Below, piece after piece: positions 27,691 to 36,166 of a stretch of 49,460 nt of DNA (its first letter is position 1; each line of letters opens with the position of its first letter). The translations under genes and the position numbers were made by a program. The stretch lies in the IMG/VR virus record IMGVR_UViG_3300028840_002749, positions 1-49,460 of that record; one strand, 5' to 3'. The notes beneath the pieces are model-generated. The model saw nothing but the letters and a program-made list of their open reading frames with translations. It was not told where the DNA came from and made no database searches. The stretch comes from a virus (taxonomy: Duplodnaviria; Caudoviricetes).

Positions 27691-28955
27691 TGAATCAGAT
27701 ACTAGGTAAGTCTACAATGCTCTGGAAAATCAAGGACGTTTTAGGCGGTGACCCAGAGCTAATAGCAGATCACTTAAAGGAAATGGGCGCTAACTCATTG
27801 CAGGTAAAAGCTGCAGATGGAGTCGGCGCCTACAATCTTAAGCTTACCCCTACAGGCTGGAAAGACGTACTAATAGGGCCTCTCTCAGACGCCTTAGAGC
27901 AAAATAAAATAGATCTATGGGGCTGGCATTATCTGTATGGAGTAGAGCCAGAGAGAGAAGCCCAGAGAGCAGCAGAGCGCATGAGCGCCTACCCGTTCAA
28001 GGGCTGGATATTAGATGTAGAAAAAGAGTTTAAGAAAAACAACCAATACAGCAGGGCCAGGCGCTTTATGTCTACGCTACGCAGCCTGTTACCAGATGCT
28101 ACTATAGTGCTTTGCTCATATCGCTACCCAAGCTATCATAGAGAGGTACCCTGGCAGATCTTTTTAGACGGCTGCGATTTTGTTATGCCACAGGTATACT
28201 GGGTAAGCGCTCATAACCCAGCATTTCAGCTAAACAGGACTATAGACGAGTACCAGGTACTGTACGATTCTTACGCTATGGAGCCTTTACCCATGATTCC
28301 GGTAGGATCGGCCTATAAAGAATGGGGTTGGCAAGCTGCAGAAGCCGATATAACAGAATTTTTGGACGCTGCGAAAAATGACCAGGGTCTAGGCGGTGTA
28401 TCTTTTTGGAGGCATGGGCATATCATTAGCTTAGGGCTAGACGAGCCGATTATAGATTTTGACTGGCCGGTAGAGCCTGTAGATCCCCCGGATCCCCCGG
28501 ATCCTACTGACCCAGAGCTAGTAAAGCGAGTAGAGAATCTAGAAACGGCGGTGTATTTACTTGATGAAACAGTAGAAGTACACGGCAGCCGGCTAAACAA
28601 CCTGGAGAGCCGGGTAACCAACCTTGAGGAGCGCCTAGCAGATCATTTAGTAAACCATCCCGGCGGGCAGCCATTACCGCCAGGGCAGGCAATAGTAACC
28701 GTAAAGGATACACACGCCCAGGCGTGGGGCAGTAATTCTACTAACGGCCAGGGCTATCCGGTTATCAACATAAACGTTTACAACGAGACAAAAGACCCGG
28801 CGCTTAGATGGGATTACGGGGCGCCTATCTTGGTCTACGCTGGGTTTGTAGACTCGGACGGCGAGGACGATTTTTATAAACTTGTACTAGATTACCCTGT
28901 ACACGGGTATGATTCTCTATACGTACAAGAAAAGGACGTAAAGTTAGCAGTATGA
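27690..28955 (+). CDS. Endolysin-like glycoside hydrolase (TIM-barrel) with Pro linker and coiled coil
   Basis: QVKAADG, WGWHYLYG, ILDVEKEF, MPQVYW and GVSFW motifs; PVDPPDPPDP linker; next to holin-like genes. Confidence 0.7.
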   Translation: MNQILGKSTMLWKIKDVLGGDPELIADHLKEMGANSLQVKAADGVGAYNLKLTPTGWKDVLIGPLSDALEQNKIDLWGWHYLYGVEPEREAQRAAERMSAYPFKGWILDVEKEFKKNNQYSRARRFMSTLRSLLPDATIVLCSYRYPSYHREVPWQIFLDGCDFVMPQVYWVSAHNPAFQLNRTIDEYQVLYDSYAMEPLPMIPVGSAYKEWGWQAAEADITEFLDAAKNDQGLGGVSFWRHGHIISLGLDEPIIDFDWPVEPVDPPDPPDPTDPELVKRVENLETAVYLLDETVEVHGSRLNNLESRVTNLEERLADHLVNHPGGQPLPPGQAIVTVKDTHAQAWGSNSTNGQGYPVININVYNETKDPALRWDYGAPILVYAGFVDSDGEDDFYKLVLDYPVHGYDSLYVQEKDVKLAV

Positions 28956-29446
28956 GCAACAAGCCGTCTGTAAATTCAGAGCATAACGGAGATTTAGCCT
29001 ATTGGATGGGTAGAGTCGATAATCAATTAGTGACAATACAGCAAACCTTAGCCCAGCTGGCTAGTAACGAGCGCTCTAATTGGTCTGAATTTAAGGCCTG
29101 GAGATCAGACGTAGATAACCGGCTAGAGGATGGGAGCCGTAACTTTGTCAGGATAGACAATGAAGTAACGCATATAAACGGTGAGATCGAAACGATCAAA
29201 AGACACATGACGTCTATCCAGGAGCTACAAAAAGACTGCAGACAAGAGCAGCTACAGTATTTGCGGTCAATTTCTCAGCCGGAAAAAAATAAAAAAGGCA
29301 ACGGCGTGTTAGACAGGGAGATAGCAGAGGGTCAAAACATTACTTATAAATGGGTGCTAGAAAAAATACTACTGCCGGTAGGAGTCGGGTTTGCTGCGTG
29401 GTTTTTGCTGACTGTACTACCGGATCTAATCAAAAATAACTTATAA
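28952..29446 (+). CDS. Coiled-coil protein with C-terminal TM (lysis accessory)
   Basis: Heptad pattern plus ILLPVGVGFAAWFLLTVL. Confidence 0.55.
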   Translation: MSNKPSVNSEHNGDLAYWMGRVDNQLVTIQQTLAQLASNERSNWSEFKAWRSDVDNRLEDGSRNFVRIDNEVTHINGEIETIKRHMTSIQELQKDCRQEQLQYLRSISQPEKNKKGNGVLDREIAEGQNITYKWVLEKILLPVGVGFAAWFLLTVLPDLIKNNL

Positions 29447-29455
29447 GGAGTCACA

Positions 29456-29785
29456 ATGGAAACAGATACTATTACCATTTCTCAGGTTTTGATACTGGCA
29501 GCCCTTGTAGAGTCGCTGGTACAAACCGTAAAGCCTATATGGGAGCCTAAAGAGCGCTCTATAGTTTATTTTGTAAACCTTGGGGCCGGTTTGCTGGCCT
29601 CAGCAGCCATAAATTACCTGGCAGATCTTGACTTATTCGCAGCCTTGGGCGTACCGCTGGTTAGATTCCCTATCGTGGGCGTGATCTTGACCGGTATACT
29701 GCTTAGCCGGGGCGCAAACTTCGCACATGACATTATACAGCTGGCTCAAAAGGTTAAGTATCGAGTAGATCCAGAGCCAAAATAA
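29456..29785 (+). CDS. Holin (putative)
   Basis: 109 aa, 3 hydrophobic segments, GVILTGILLSRGANFAHDI motif, charged C-terminus. Confidence 0.7.
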   Translation: METDTITISQVLILAALVESLVQTVKPIWEPKERSIVYFVNLGAGLLASAAINYLADLDLFAALGVPLVRFPIVGVILTGILLSRGANFAHDIIQLAQKVKYRVDPEPK

Positions 29786-29897
29786 CTTAGTAAAACCAGG
29801 CCGTTAGTAAAGCACCCTCGGCCTGTTTTTATACCTACCTCCGCTAATCTATACTGGTTAGGTCTACCCCAAAAAAAACGGGGTAAGCGGGGGTAGG

Positions 29898-29931
29898 TTT
29901 GCTTAATAAATATTGCGTTTTGTATTGTCTA
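29898..29931 (+). promoter_or_regulatory. Phage promoter motif copy 2
   Basis: TTTGCTTAAtaaatattgcgttttGTATTGTCTA upstream of the replication initiator. Confidence 0.8.
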
Positions 29932-29957
29932 TAAAAATACAGCTATGGAGGTAGCCC

Positions 29958-30758
29958 ATGAGTGGAATAATTAGGATCAAAAAAAGACCGGAACGATACA
30001 CAATACTAGACAACGAGATAATAAATAACGGCGCTATGACTTGGGAGGCCAGGGGGGTACTAATTTATTTATTGTCTAAGCCCGATAACTGGGTAATGCG
30101 TATGGATGATCTAGTAAACCAAAGCCCAGCCGGCATAAAAGTAGTCAGGCGTATCATAAAAGAGCTGCAGGCCTTTAGGTTTTTGTATAGATACAAGTAC
30201 CAAGGGCAGGGCGGTAAATGGGTTTGGGAGTCTGTTTTATTTGACAGGCCATATAAAGTAGAGGATCTTGTACCCCTAGATCTGGGGGGTAAGCCTGGAT
30301 TTACACCATATACCCCTAATGGTGATATGGTAAAACCATCTATCCCTTACGGTAAGACCGTCACGGTAAGACCGTTAGGGCAAGATATAGTTAATACTGA
30401 ACAAATATTAACTACTACTGCTACTGCAGAGCAGAAAAAAATTTACCGGCTTTGGGAGAAAAACATAGAGCCTCTATCTCAAATGATTGGAGACAAGCTA
30501 GACCTTGCTTTAGAGCAGTTTGGCTACGACTGGATAGAGTACGCAGTAAGCGAGGCGGTAGAAAATGGAGTACGTAATTTTGCGTATGTTCATGGCATAC
30601 TACAGAGAATGAAATCAGACGGCGGTAAACGAGGTAAGCCTACCGCCCAGAAACGTAAACCGGCCAGCCGTAAGGCGCCGGCGAATAATGCGCCCTTATT
30701 TGATCCTGATATATTGGAAGCAATCGAGAATCAGGTAGGCGCTATTACAGGAGATTAG
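29958..30758 (+). CDS. Replication initiator (wHTH plus DnaD-like domain)
   Basis: YTILDNEII...MTWEARGVLIYLLSKPDNW; C-terminal WIEYAVSEAVENGVRNFAYVHGIL. Confidence 0.85.
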   Translation: MSGIIRIKKRPERYTILDNEIINNGAMTWEARGVLIYLLSKPDNWVMRMDDLVNQSPAGIKVVRRIIKELQAFRFLYRYKYQGQGGKWVWESVLFDRPYKVEDLVPLDLGGKPGFTPYTPNGDMVKPSIPYGKTVTVRPLGQDIVNTEQILTTTATAEQKKIYRLWEKNIEPLSQMIGDKLDLALEQFGYDWIEYAVSEAVENGVRNFAYVHGILQRMKSDGGKRGKPTAQKRKPASRKAPANNAPLFDPDILEAIENQVGAITGD

Positions 30759-30762
30759 GGAA

Positions 30763-31614
30763 ATGAGACACATTAAGAGAGGGAAGTACGCAAAAGGGAA
30801 AGTGGAGCAAGCTGCAGACGTTGGGGCCAGGCTGCGAGCCAGGGTAGAGCGAGATTTATTAGAGAAGGGGATAGCTAATCTACCGGATCATGGCACACAG
30901 AAGGGCTACGCTTGCCAGATCTGCAATGATAATAAGTTTGTAAGAGCAGGAGATTATGATATTCACCATCCTATGTTTGGTATGTTGGTGCCTTGCCAGT
31001 GTAATACCGGCGGGGATACGAAAGAGCTAGCAGACGAGTATACGAATCTATTTCCAAGGGATCTTAAAAGGACTTGGGATAGCTTAGTAGAGGTAGACGC
31101 TTTGCAGACAAACATACATGAGGCCATTTATGCCATAGATCAGGTTACCAAGGTTGGCTATGGATGGGTTTACCTTTGGGGCGGGTACGGTACAGCTAAG
31201 ACGGCCATACTTAAAACAGCTTGCGCTACGGCTATGAGAGCGGGGCGCCATAGTTGTTATACACGTATGCAAGATATAGTAGATGGGGTCTTAGCTGCTT
31301 ACGATCAGGGCCAGGGGGCAGCGGTACGCATGGTGAAAAATTGGAGCATGGTAGATTTTTTGGCAGTAGACGAGCTAGAGAAGGTAGCAGAATCTAGGGA
31401 GGTTATTAAGCGTAGATTCCAGATTTTTGATTACCGGTATAACGCCAGTACGGACGGGCGTAACGGTATTACGATTATGGCCGGCAACGTACCGCCCAGG
31501 GAGCTAGAGCCGGCGTTAGCCAGTCGTTTAGTGGACGGGCGTAACTATGTAGTAGAGCTAACCGGTACGGACGCCAGGCCTTATACAAAGGCGCTAAACC
31601 TAGACGAGGAGTAA
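30763..31614 (+). CDS. DnaC/IstB-like helicase loader ATPase
   Basis: CQIC...CQC zinc site, Walker A variant GGYGTAKT, LAVDELEK, FDYRY, ALASRL. Confidence 0.85.
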   Translation: MRHIKRGKYAKGKVEQAADVGARLRARVERDLLEKGIANLPDHGTQKGYACQICNDNKFVRAGDYDIHHPMFGMLVPCQCNTGGDTKELADEYTNLFPRDLKRTWDSLVEVDALQTNIHEAIYAIDQVTKVGYGWVYLWGGYGTAKTAILKTACATAMRAGRHSCYTRMQDIVDGVLAAYDQGQGAAVRMVKNWSMVDFLAVDELEKVAESREVIKRRFQIFDYRYNASTDGRNGITIMAGNVPPRELEPALASRLVDGRNYVVELTGTDARPYTKALNLDEE

Positions 31615-31621
31615 AATAACA

Positions 31622-31915
31622 ATGTTTACAGATAGACAAAAAGAAATACTACAGCTGCTTGCTGATGGTCACACCTATTCGGATATAGCTGTACTGTTAG
31701 AGATTAGTCAAGAAACGGTAAAGGATCATGTAGGCAGGATCATTAGCAAGTCGGAGGCTAATAACGCTACTCACGCCGTATACCTGGCTACTTTGAGTGG
31801 TGTTTTGCCGTTTGGTAAAAACGTAGATGCAGCTGCAGTAATAGCAGAAAACGCAGCCAGGATACAGCAAACACTAGAAACCATACAAGGCAAAGGACTT
31901 AGCCGGCGTGGATAA
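31622..31915 (+). CDS. LuxR-type HTH regulator
   Basis: FTDRQKEILQLLADGHTYSDIAVLLEISQETVKDHV. Confidence 0.85.
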   Translation: MFTDRQKEILQLLADGHTYSDIAVLLEISQETVKDHVGRIISKSEANNATHAVYLATLSGVLPFGKNVDAAAVIAENAARIQQTLETIQGKGLSRRG

Positions 31916-32121
31916 TCAGGCAGATTTTTTTGTAGAGTTTGGTTTAGAGGATTCTATACCGGTTACAATCAGCACAGTAGAGCAAACCCTACCGCGCAAG
32001 GCAAAGGACTTAGCCGGCGTGGATAATCAGACAGATTTTTTTGTAGAGTTTGATTTAGACGATTCTGTGTTAGAGGATTCTATACTGGTTACAATCAGCA
32101 CAGTAGAGCAAACCCTACCGC
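31886..32121 (+). repeat. Tandem duplication (31886-31995 and 31997-32121)
   Basis: Near-identical ~110-bp copies; the second has a 15-bp insertion. Confidence 0.9.
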
Positions 32122-32264
32122 CCTCTTTAGGCGGTGGGGTTCGCTATTTAACCCTGATAAATAGCGGTTGGTGGCTTGGCTACGGAGAGACGCCAGAGGC
32201 CAGCAAGAAAACCGCTATAAATAATCTCAAAAACGAAATAGAGGCTTATCAAAGATGCCAGTAG
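31908..32264 (+). CDS. Hypothetical protein with duplicated N-terminus
   Basis: DNQxDFFVEF...EDSIxVTISTVEQTLP occurs twice. Confidence 0.55.
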   Translation: MDNQADFFVEFGLEDSIPVTISTVEQTLPRKAKDLAGVDNQTDFFVEFDLDDSVLEDSILVTISTVEQTLPPSLGGGVRYLTLINSGWWLGYGETPEASKKTAINNLKNEIEAYQRCQ

Positions 32265-32680
32265 CTAACGAGTTTGATAGTTTACCTGTAGGTACCGAGC
32301 ATGAGGAGCAATCTAAGGTTATATCTTGGGCCGAATCTATGGGCCAGGCTATACCTGAGCTGCAGGCTCTTTATGCTATCCCTAACCAGAATATACTTTT
32401 TTCAAAGATCACTAAACGGCATAGATTCCAGGCCATAAACTACATGAGATCGGAAGGCCTAAAAAAAGGGGTGCCAGATCTTCACTTGCCGGCAGCCAGG
32501 GGGGGATACCACAGCTTATACATAGAAATGAAGGTGAAAAAGGGTAAGCCGTCTGATGAGCAGGAAATATGGGCAGATAGGCTCTCAGATCTGGGCAACT
32601 TGGTAATTTATTGCTGGACTTCTCAGGACGCCATACAGGTAATAGCAGACTACTTAAACGGCGTCTATACTATTACCTAA
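32255..32680 (+). CDS. VRR-NUC domain nuclease
   Basis: EHEEQ, YAIPN, EGLKKGVPDL and YIEMK...GKPSDEQ (PD-(D/E)xK). Confidence 0.9.
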   Translation: MPVANEFDSLPVGTEHEEQSKVISWAESMGQAIPELQALYAIPNQNILFSKITKRHRFQAINYMRSEGLKKGVPDLHLPAARGGYHSLYIEMKVKKGKPSDEQEIWADRLSDLGNLVIYCWTSQDAIQVIADYLNGVYTIT

Positions 32681-32696
32681 CAAACCTGTAAGGCAA

Positions 32697-32730
32697 TTTG
32701 CTTAATAGATTGGTCTTTTTGTATTGTCTA
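32697..32730 (+). promoter_or_regulatory. Phage promoter motif copy 3
   Basis: TTTGCTTAAtagattggtctttttGTATTGTCTA upstream of the sigma gene. Confidence 0.8.
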
Positions 32731-32733
32731 CTA

Positions 32734-32762
32734 TTGACACACCCCCGAAAAGGGGGTATAAT
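32734..32762 (+). promoter_or_regulatory. Perfect consensus sigma70 promoter with palindromic spacer
   Basis: TTGACA-N17-TATAAT; the spacer holds the inverted repeat ACCCCC-GAAAA-GGGGGT. Confidence 0.85.
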
Positions 32763-32838
32763 GCCTGTGTAGGTTGATTGCAGCCTACCGCCGGCCAGCT
32801 CAGGCCAGCGCTCACACTAGCACACAGGAGACAATAAA

Positions 32839-33393
32839 ATGATTAGCTTGACAAACCAAACCCTAAACGACATAAAAGAATATAACGAAAGATTAGCTCA
32901 GCTCATGCCAGATATTCAGGCCATAGCCGTAAGGTACGCCGGCAGCGGTACGGGTGCCGTAGCAGACGAGTTAGAGGCCGATATGATCTACAGTATTTTA
33001 GAGCGCCAGGATAAAGACCCAGAGTTTTTATCAGATAAAAATAACGATAGCTATATTTTGCACTTTGCCCGCTTTATACCTTGGGGATATATTCAGAAAA
33101 AGCAGCGTAGGTTTGACGTAGAAGTAGATGGCATGAATGATGCCCAGTACGCCAAGCTAGACGCTGAAATGAGTCAGGTACTCAGTAAGGCAGATGACAT
33201 TACTAGGGCTGAGTGGGCGCTAGACATAGTAGACGCTGTAAGCCTACTGAGCAAGCGAGAGACCCAGGTAGTAGCGCTAGTAGTAAAGGGCTTTGAGACG
33301 CCAGAAATTGCAAAGAAATTAGGCGTAACCCAGCCGGCAATTTGCAGCTACAGAAACCGGGCGATCAAGAAAATGAGGGCAGCCGTTTTATAG
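32839..33393 (+). CDS. ECF-like sigma-70 family factor
   Basis: Region 2-like LMPDIQAIAVRY...ADELEAD; region 4 LSKRETQVVAL...PEIAKKLGVTQPAICSYRNRAIKKMR. Confidence 0.75.
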   Translation: MISLTNQTLNDIKEYNERLAQLMPDIQAIAVRYAGSGTGAVADELEADMIYSILERQDKDPEFLSDKNNDSYILHFARFIPWGYIQKKQRRFDVEVDGMNDAQYAKLDAEMSQVLSKADDITRAEWALDIVDAVSLLSKRETQVVALVVKGFETPEIAKKLGVTQPAICSYRNRAIKKMRAAVL

Positions 33394-33625
33394 GCGCCTT
33401 CCAGAGCTGCGGGTAGCTCCCCGACAAACCCAGTGGTACTGCTGGACTCGTAGAGTGGTGAGCGCCTAGCCTAAGTAACTAGGTAGCGGGTACCCCAAGC
33501 CGAATCTACACAGTGTAGACGGCAACCACTCTAGCAGCTCTGCAAGGTACTTATCAAGGTGGGCAATACCCCCCACCGAAAACAGAGAGACCCTACCGCC
33601 TCTATGGAGGTCTGAGATAAGAGTA
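33394..33625 (+). ncRNA. Candidate structured ncRNA downstream of the sigma gene
   Basis: Nested perfect stems 33402-33410/33534-33542 and 33451-33459/33525-33533 plus several internal hairpins; no convincing ORF. Confidence 0.55.
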
Positions 33626-33630
33626 GGAGT

Positions 33631-33659
33631 AAGGCCAGGCAAAAACGCCTGGCCTTTTT
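33631..33659 (+). terminator. Intrinsic terminator
   Basis: AAGGCCAGGC-AAAAAC-GCCTGGCCTTTTT. Confidence 0.85.
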
Positions 33660-33690
33660 GCTTAATAGGTGCCTTCTAATGTATTGTCTA
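33657..33690 (+). promoter_or_regulatory. Phage promoter motif copy 4
   Basis: TTTGCTTAAtaggtgccttctaatGTATTGTCTA. Confidence 0.8.
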
Positions 33691-33726
33691 AGTAAGACGA
33701 CATAATAACAAGTAACAGGAGTCGAA

Positions 33727-34074
33727 ATGAAAAAGAGAGAGAAAATAAGTTTAGCTGCGTTCATGCGTAGTAACGGCGTATGGGCGATAGCAACAAGACT
33801 AGATAAGAATGATAGCCCTAAAATATTTAGCGCTAATTATGCAAAGGCTATAGCTTGGGTACTTAGGGGGCATGAGCTAGACAAGCCTAACAGGATTATA
33901 GGGTATTACGTAAGCTGGTTTAGAGATAATTTTTCTGAGGCTCTTATACCAGACATAGCAGATCAATTAGAGAGTCTAGCAGCTCTTGTAGATCGTGAAA
34001 ACGGGACAAAAAATCCCTGGATGCTGAGAGGAGAGGTTATATATGGAGATCAAGGTACCAAAAAACTGCATTAG
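33727..34074 (+). CDS. Hypothetical protein
   Basis: AGGAG RBS after the promoter motif. Confidence 0.7.
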   Translation: MKKREKISLAAFMRSNGVWAIATRLDKNDSPKIFSANYAKAIAWVLRGHELDKPNRIIGYYVSWFRDNFSEALIPDIADQLESLAALVDRENGTKNPWMLRGEVIYGDQGTKKLH

Positions 34075-34573
34075 AGTAGATCTTGAGGTAATGCCCACAG
34101 GGGCGGTTAAGTTTGCTTGGTGGGTAGACGGGTACAAAGTGGATGACGAGGAGGCCGGGGCGCAATATTACGAGCCTGGCTCTCTTTTTCAGATCTGTAA
34201 AGCGCTAGATGATAAAGGATTTAGCGTACACGTAGACCGGGACGGCCAAAGGGGGCGGGCGTTGTCTGGACAACCTACTAGGATTGACTTGATAAAAGTA
34301 GGGCAGCGCTGGGTAGTCAGTAAATACCCTTACGGCTGGACGGCCTCTACAAGGCCTGTAAGCAGCGATACTAAGCCGGCTGAGTTTGATATAGGCCAGG
34401 CGGTAGAGTGGCTGCAGAGCCATAAATGGACTGTCCTAGAGTGGAATCTAGGAGACAGGCAGGGCTACAGAGCCTACAAAGGCAAACCAGAGCCAGTAAA
34501 TGACGCCAGGACTATACAGATCCTGAGACGCCAGTACCCAGAGACACAGTTAGATTTAGCGTACTACTTATAG
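34043..34573 (+). CDS. Hypothetical protein
   Basis: GGAGAGG RBS, operon context. Confidence 0.7.
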   Translation: MEIKVPKNCIRVDLEVMPTGAVKFAWWVDGYKVDDEEAGAQYYEPGSLFQICKALDDKGFSVHVDRDGQRGRALSGQPTRIDLIKVGQRWVVSKYPYGWTASTRPVSSDTKPAEFDIGQAVEWLQSHKWTVLEWNLGDRQGYRAYKGKPEPVNDARTIQILRRQYPETQLDLAYYL

Positions 34574-34584
34574 GAGAGTGGATA

Positions 34585-35325
34585 ATGAAAGAAAAAGACG
34601 TACCATATAACCCGCCGAATCAGATTATAACGATATTTCCAACCAACAAAACAGGCTTTAGCATTCAAGACGCTTTAAGCTTGGACGATCCCAAAATACA
34701 CTTCTCTCTTTTCCCTACGAAAGAAGGCAGCGGAGAGCGGGTAGACTTTTGGGTAAATGTACACGCAGCCAGGGTACTATTTACCGGCGGGCAAACTGGC
34801 AAGCTGCCAGATCTGATAGCCAGGCATAACAAAAAATCAGACCCTAACGTAGGCTTTGATCTGTACGCCAAGATGCAAAACGGCTACAGGACGCTAACGA
34901 TCAGGGCCGGGGAGAGCGGGGGCGTATGGGTTACGATTGTAAACAAAAACGGATCAGATTGCAGACAGAGCGTATTTTTACCGCCGTTTACTTGGGCTAG
35001 CGTAAGTATGGCAGTTTTAGAGTATTTACGAGACTACGGCGCCGTAAAGCTGGCTAGGGTATACATACCACAAGAAACGGCAGAAAGCGCCTTAGAGACC
35101 CAGGAAAGCGCCCAGGCAGCCGGTTTTGAGCCGTCTATACGGCCTGAGCTTGCTACAAGGCCTGAGTACGAGCTGGTAAAGACTCCAAGCGGGAATCTTA
35201 TTGGAGACCTAAGTAACGAGCAAATAGATGCTCTAATAAAGAGCAGCCTAGAGACCGTAACCAAGTATATGAGAGAGTCGGCTAGCCTAGTGAGGCAAAA
35301 CCGACTCTCTAAAGGAGAGTGGTAA
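34585..35325 (+). CDS. Hypothetical protein
   Basis: AGGAG RBS, 246 aa. Confidence 0.7.
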   Translation: MKEKDVPYNPPNQIITIFPTNKTGFSIQDALSLDDPKIHFSLFPTKEGSGERVDFWVNVHAARVLFTGGQTGKLPDLIARHNKKSDPNVGFDLYAKMQNGYRTLTIRAGESGGVWVTIVNKNGSDCRQSVFLPPFTWASVSMAVLEYLRDYGAVKLARVYIPQETAESALETQESAQAAGFEPSIRPELATRPEYELVKTPSGNLIGDLSNEQIDALIKSSLETVTKYMRESASLVRQNRLSKGEW

Positions 35326-35595
35326 ATGAGTGTCACAGAGGAACGTACAGTAAAGCTGCTAAGCGCTGAACGGGTATTATTTAATTATGAAAAATTCCCA
35401 AGCTACACACCGTATTGCATAGCAGACAGGATAGCTAATATTGAGAGTGACCCTAAGAAAATCGAGTCACTAACTATAGATCTAAAAGAGCTGCTAGAGG
35501 ATGCTGGATTTAAGCCGTTAGATCTAGTTGTAGAAAGTATGCTTAGAGAGGCTAAAAGAAATCGAGAAAGACAACAAGAGGAGAGTGGTAAATGA
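35326..35595 (+). CDS. Hypothetical protein
   Basis: AAGGAG RBS. Confidence 0.65.
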   Translation: MSVTEERTVKLLSAERVLFNYEKFPSYTPYCIADRIANIESDPKKIESLTIDLKELLEDAGFKPLDLVVESMLREAKRNRERQQEESGK

Positions 35596-35864
35596 GTGTT
35601 TATGTAGATATTTTGGAGCGCTTAGAGGATCTTTTAGACATTCCTAAAGCCCAGGTAAGCCCAGCTGTACGGCAGGACAGGATAGAGACCGAGATAAAGC
35701 GCCTGCAAATGGTCGAGGCTTATCATATAGAGCATATCTTAGAGGACGGGCTAGAAAACCCGCTTAGCCAGGATGAGGCTTTGCCTCTTATAGCCAAGGT
35801 GTTATCTGAGCTTGGGCTAGACCCAGAGATAGCACAGCAAATACTAGACGCCAGGGAGGCCTAA
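35592..35864 (+). CDS. Hypothetical protein
   Basis: ATGA overlap coupling. Confidence 0.65.
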   Translation: MSVYVDILERLEDLLDIPKAQVSPAVRQDRIETEIKRLQMVEAYHIEHILEDGLENPLSQDEALPLIAKVLSELGLDPEIAQQILDAREA

Positions 35865-35867
35865 TAT

Positions 35868-36062
35868 ATGTATATTATCGTAACGCCAGAGGACGGCAGG
35901 CGGGTAGAAAATACCCGTTTTAGTAGCGTAGCTGCAGCCGTAAAACGGATCAAGCACCAAGCGGGCAAATGGTCAGACCTGCAGCCACAAAACGAGCTAG
36001 ATCTAGCTGCAGTAATCAATCAGAAAACCGGCGTAATTATGACGGTACGCCGGGAGACCTAA
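35868..36062 (+). CDS. Hypothetical protein
   Basis: GGAGG RBS; followed by a terminator. Confidence 0.65.
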   Translation: MYIIVTPEDGRRVENTRFSSVAAAVKRIKHQAGKWSDLQPQNELDLAAVINQKTGVIMTVRRET

Positions 36063-36069
36063 CCAGGGC

Positions 36070-36105
36070 AAGAGCCAGGGCTAATAGCTCTGGCTCTTTG
36101 CTTTT
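36070..36105 (+). terminator. Intrinsic terminator
   Basis: AAGAGCCAGGGCT-AAT-AGCTCTGGCTCTTTGCTTTT. Confidence 0.75.
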
Positions 36106-36111
36106 AATCAG

Positions 36112-36145
36112 TTTGCTTAATAGCCTGGCTGTAATGTATTGTCTA
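36112..36145 (+). promoter_or_regulatory. Phage promoter motif copy 5
   Basis: TTTGCTTAAtagcctggctgtaatGTATTGTCTA. Confidence 0.8.
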
Positions 36146-36166
36146 TATAAAAATGGAGGTAGCGTA

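Noticed and set aside
33394-33625. tRNA, tmRNA or hammerhead ribozyme
   Set aside because: No T-loop GTTCRA cloverleaf or CUGANGA core found by eye; kept as an unknown ncRNA candidate.
35969-36166. N-terminal extension of the NrdG-like ORF (and similarly 44848-44958 for DUF1257)
   Set aside because: It runs through another gene, a terminator and a promoter; better RBS-linked ATGs exist at 36167 and 44959.
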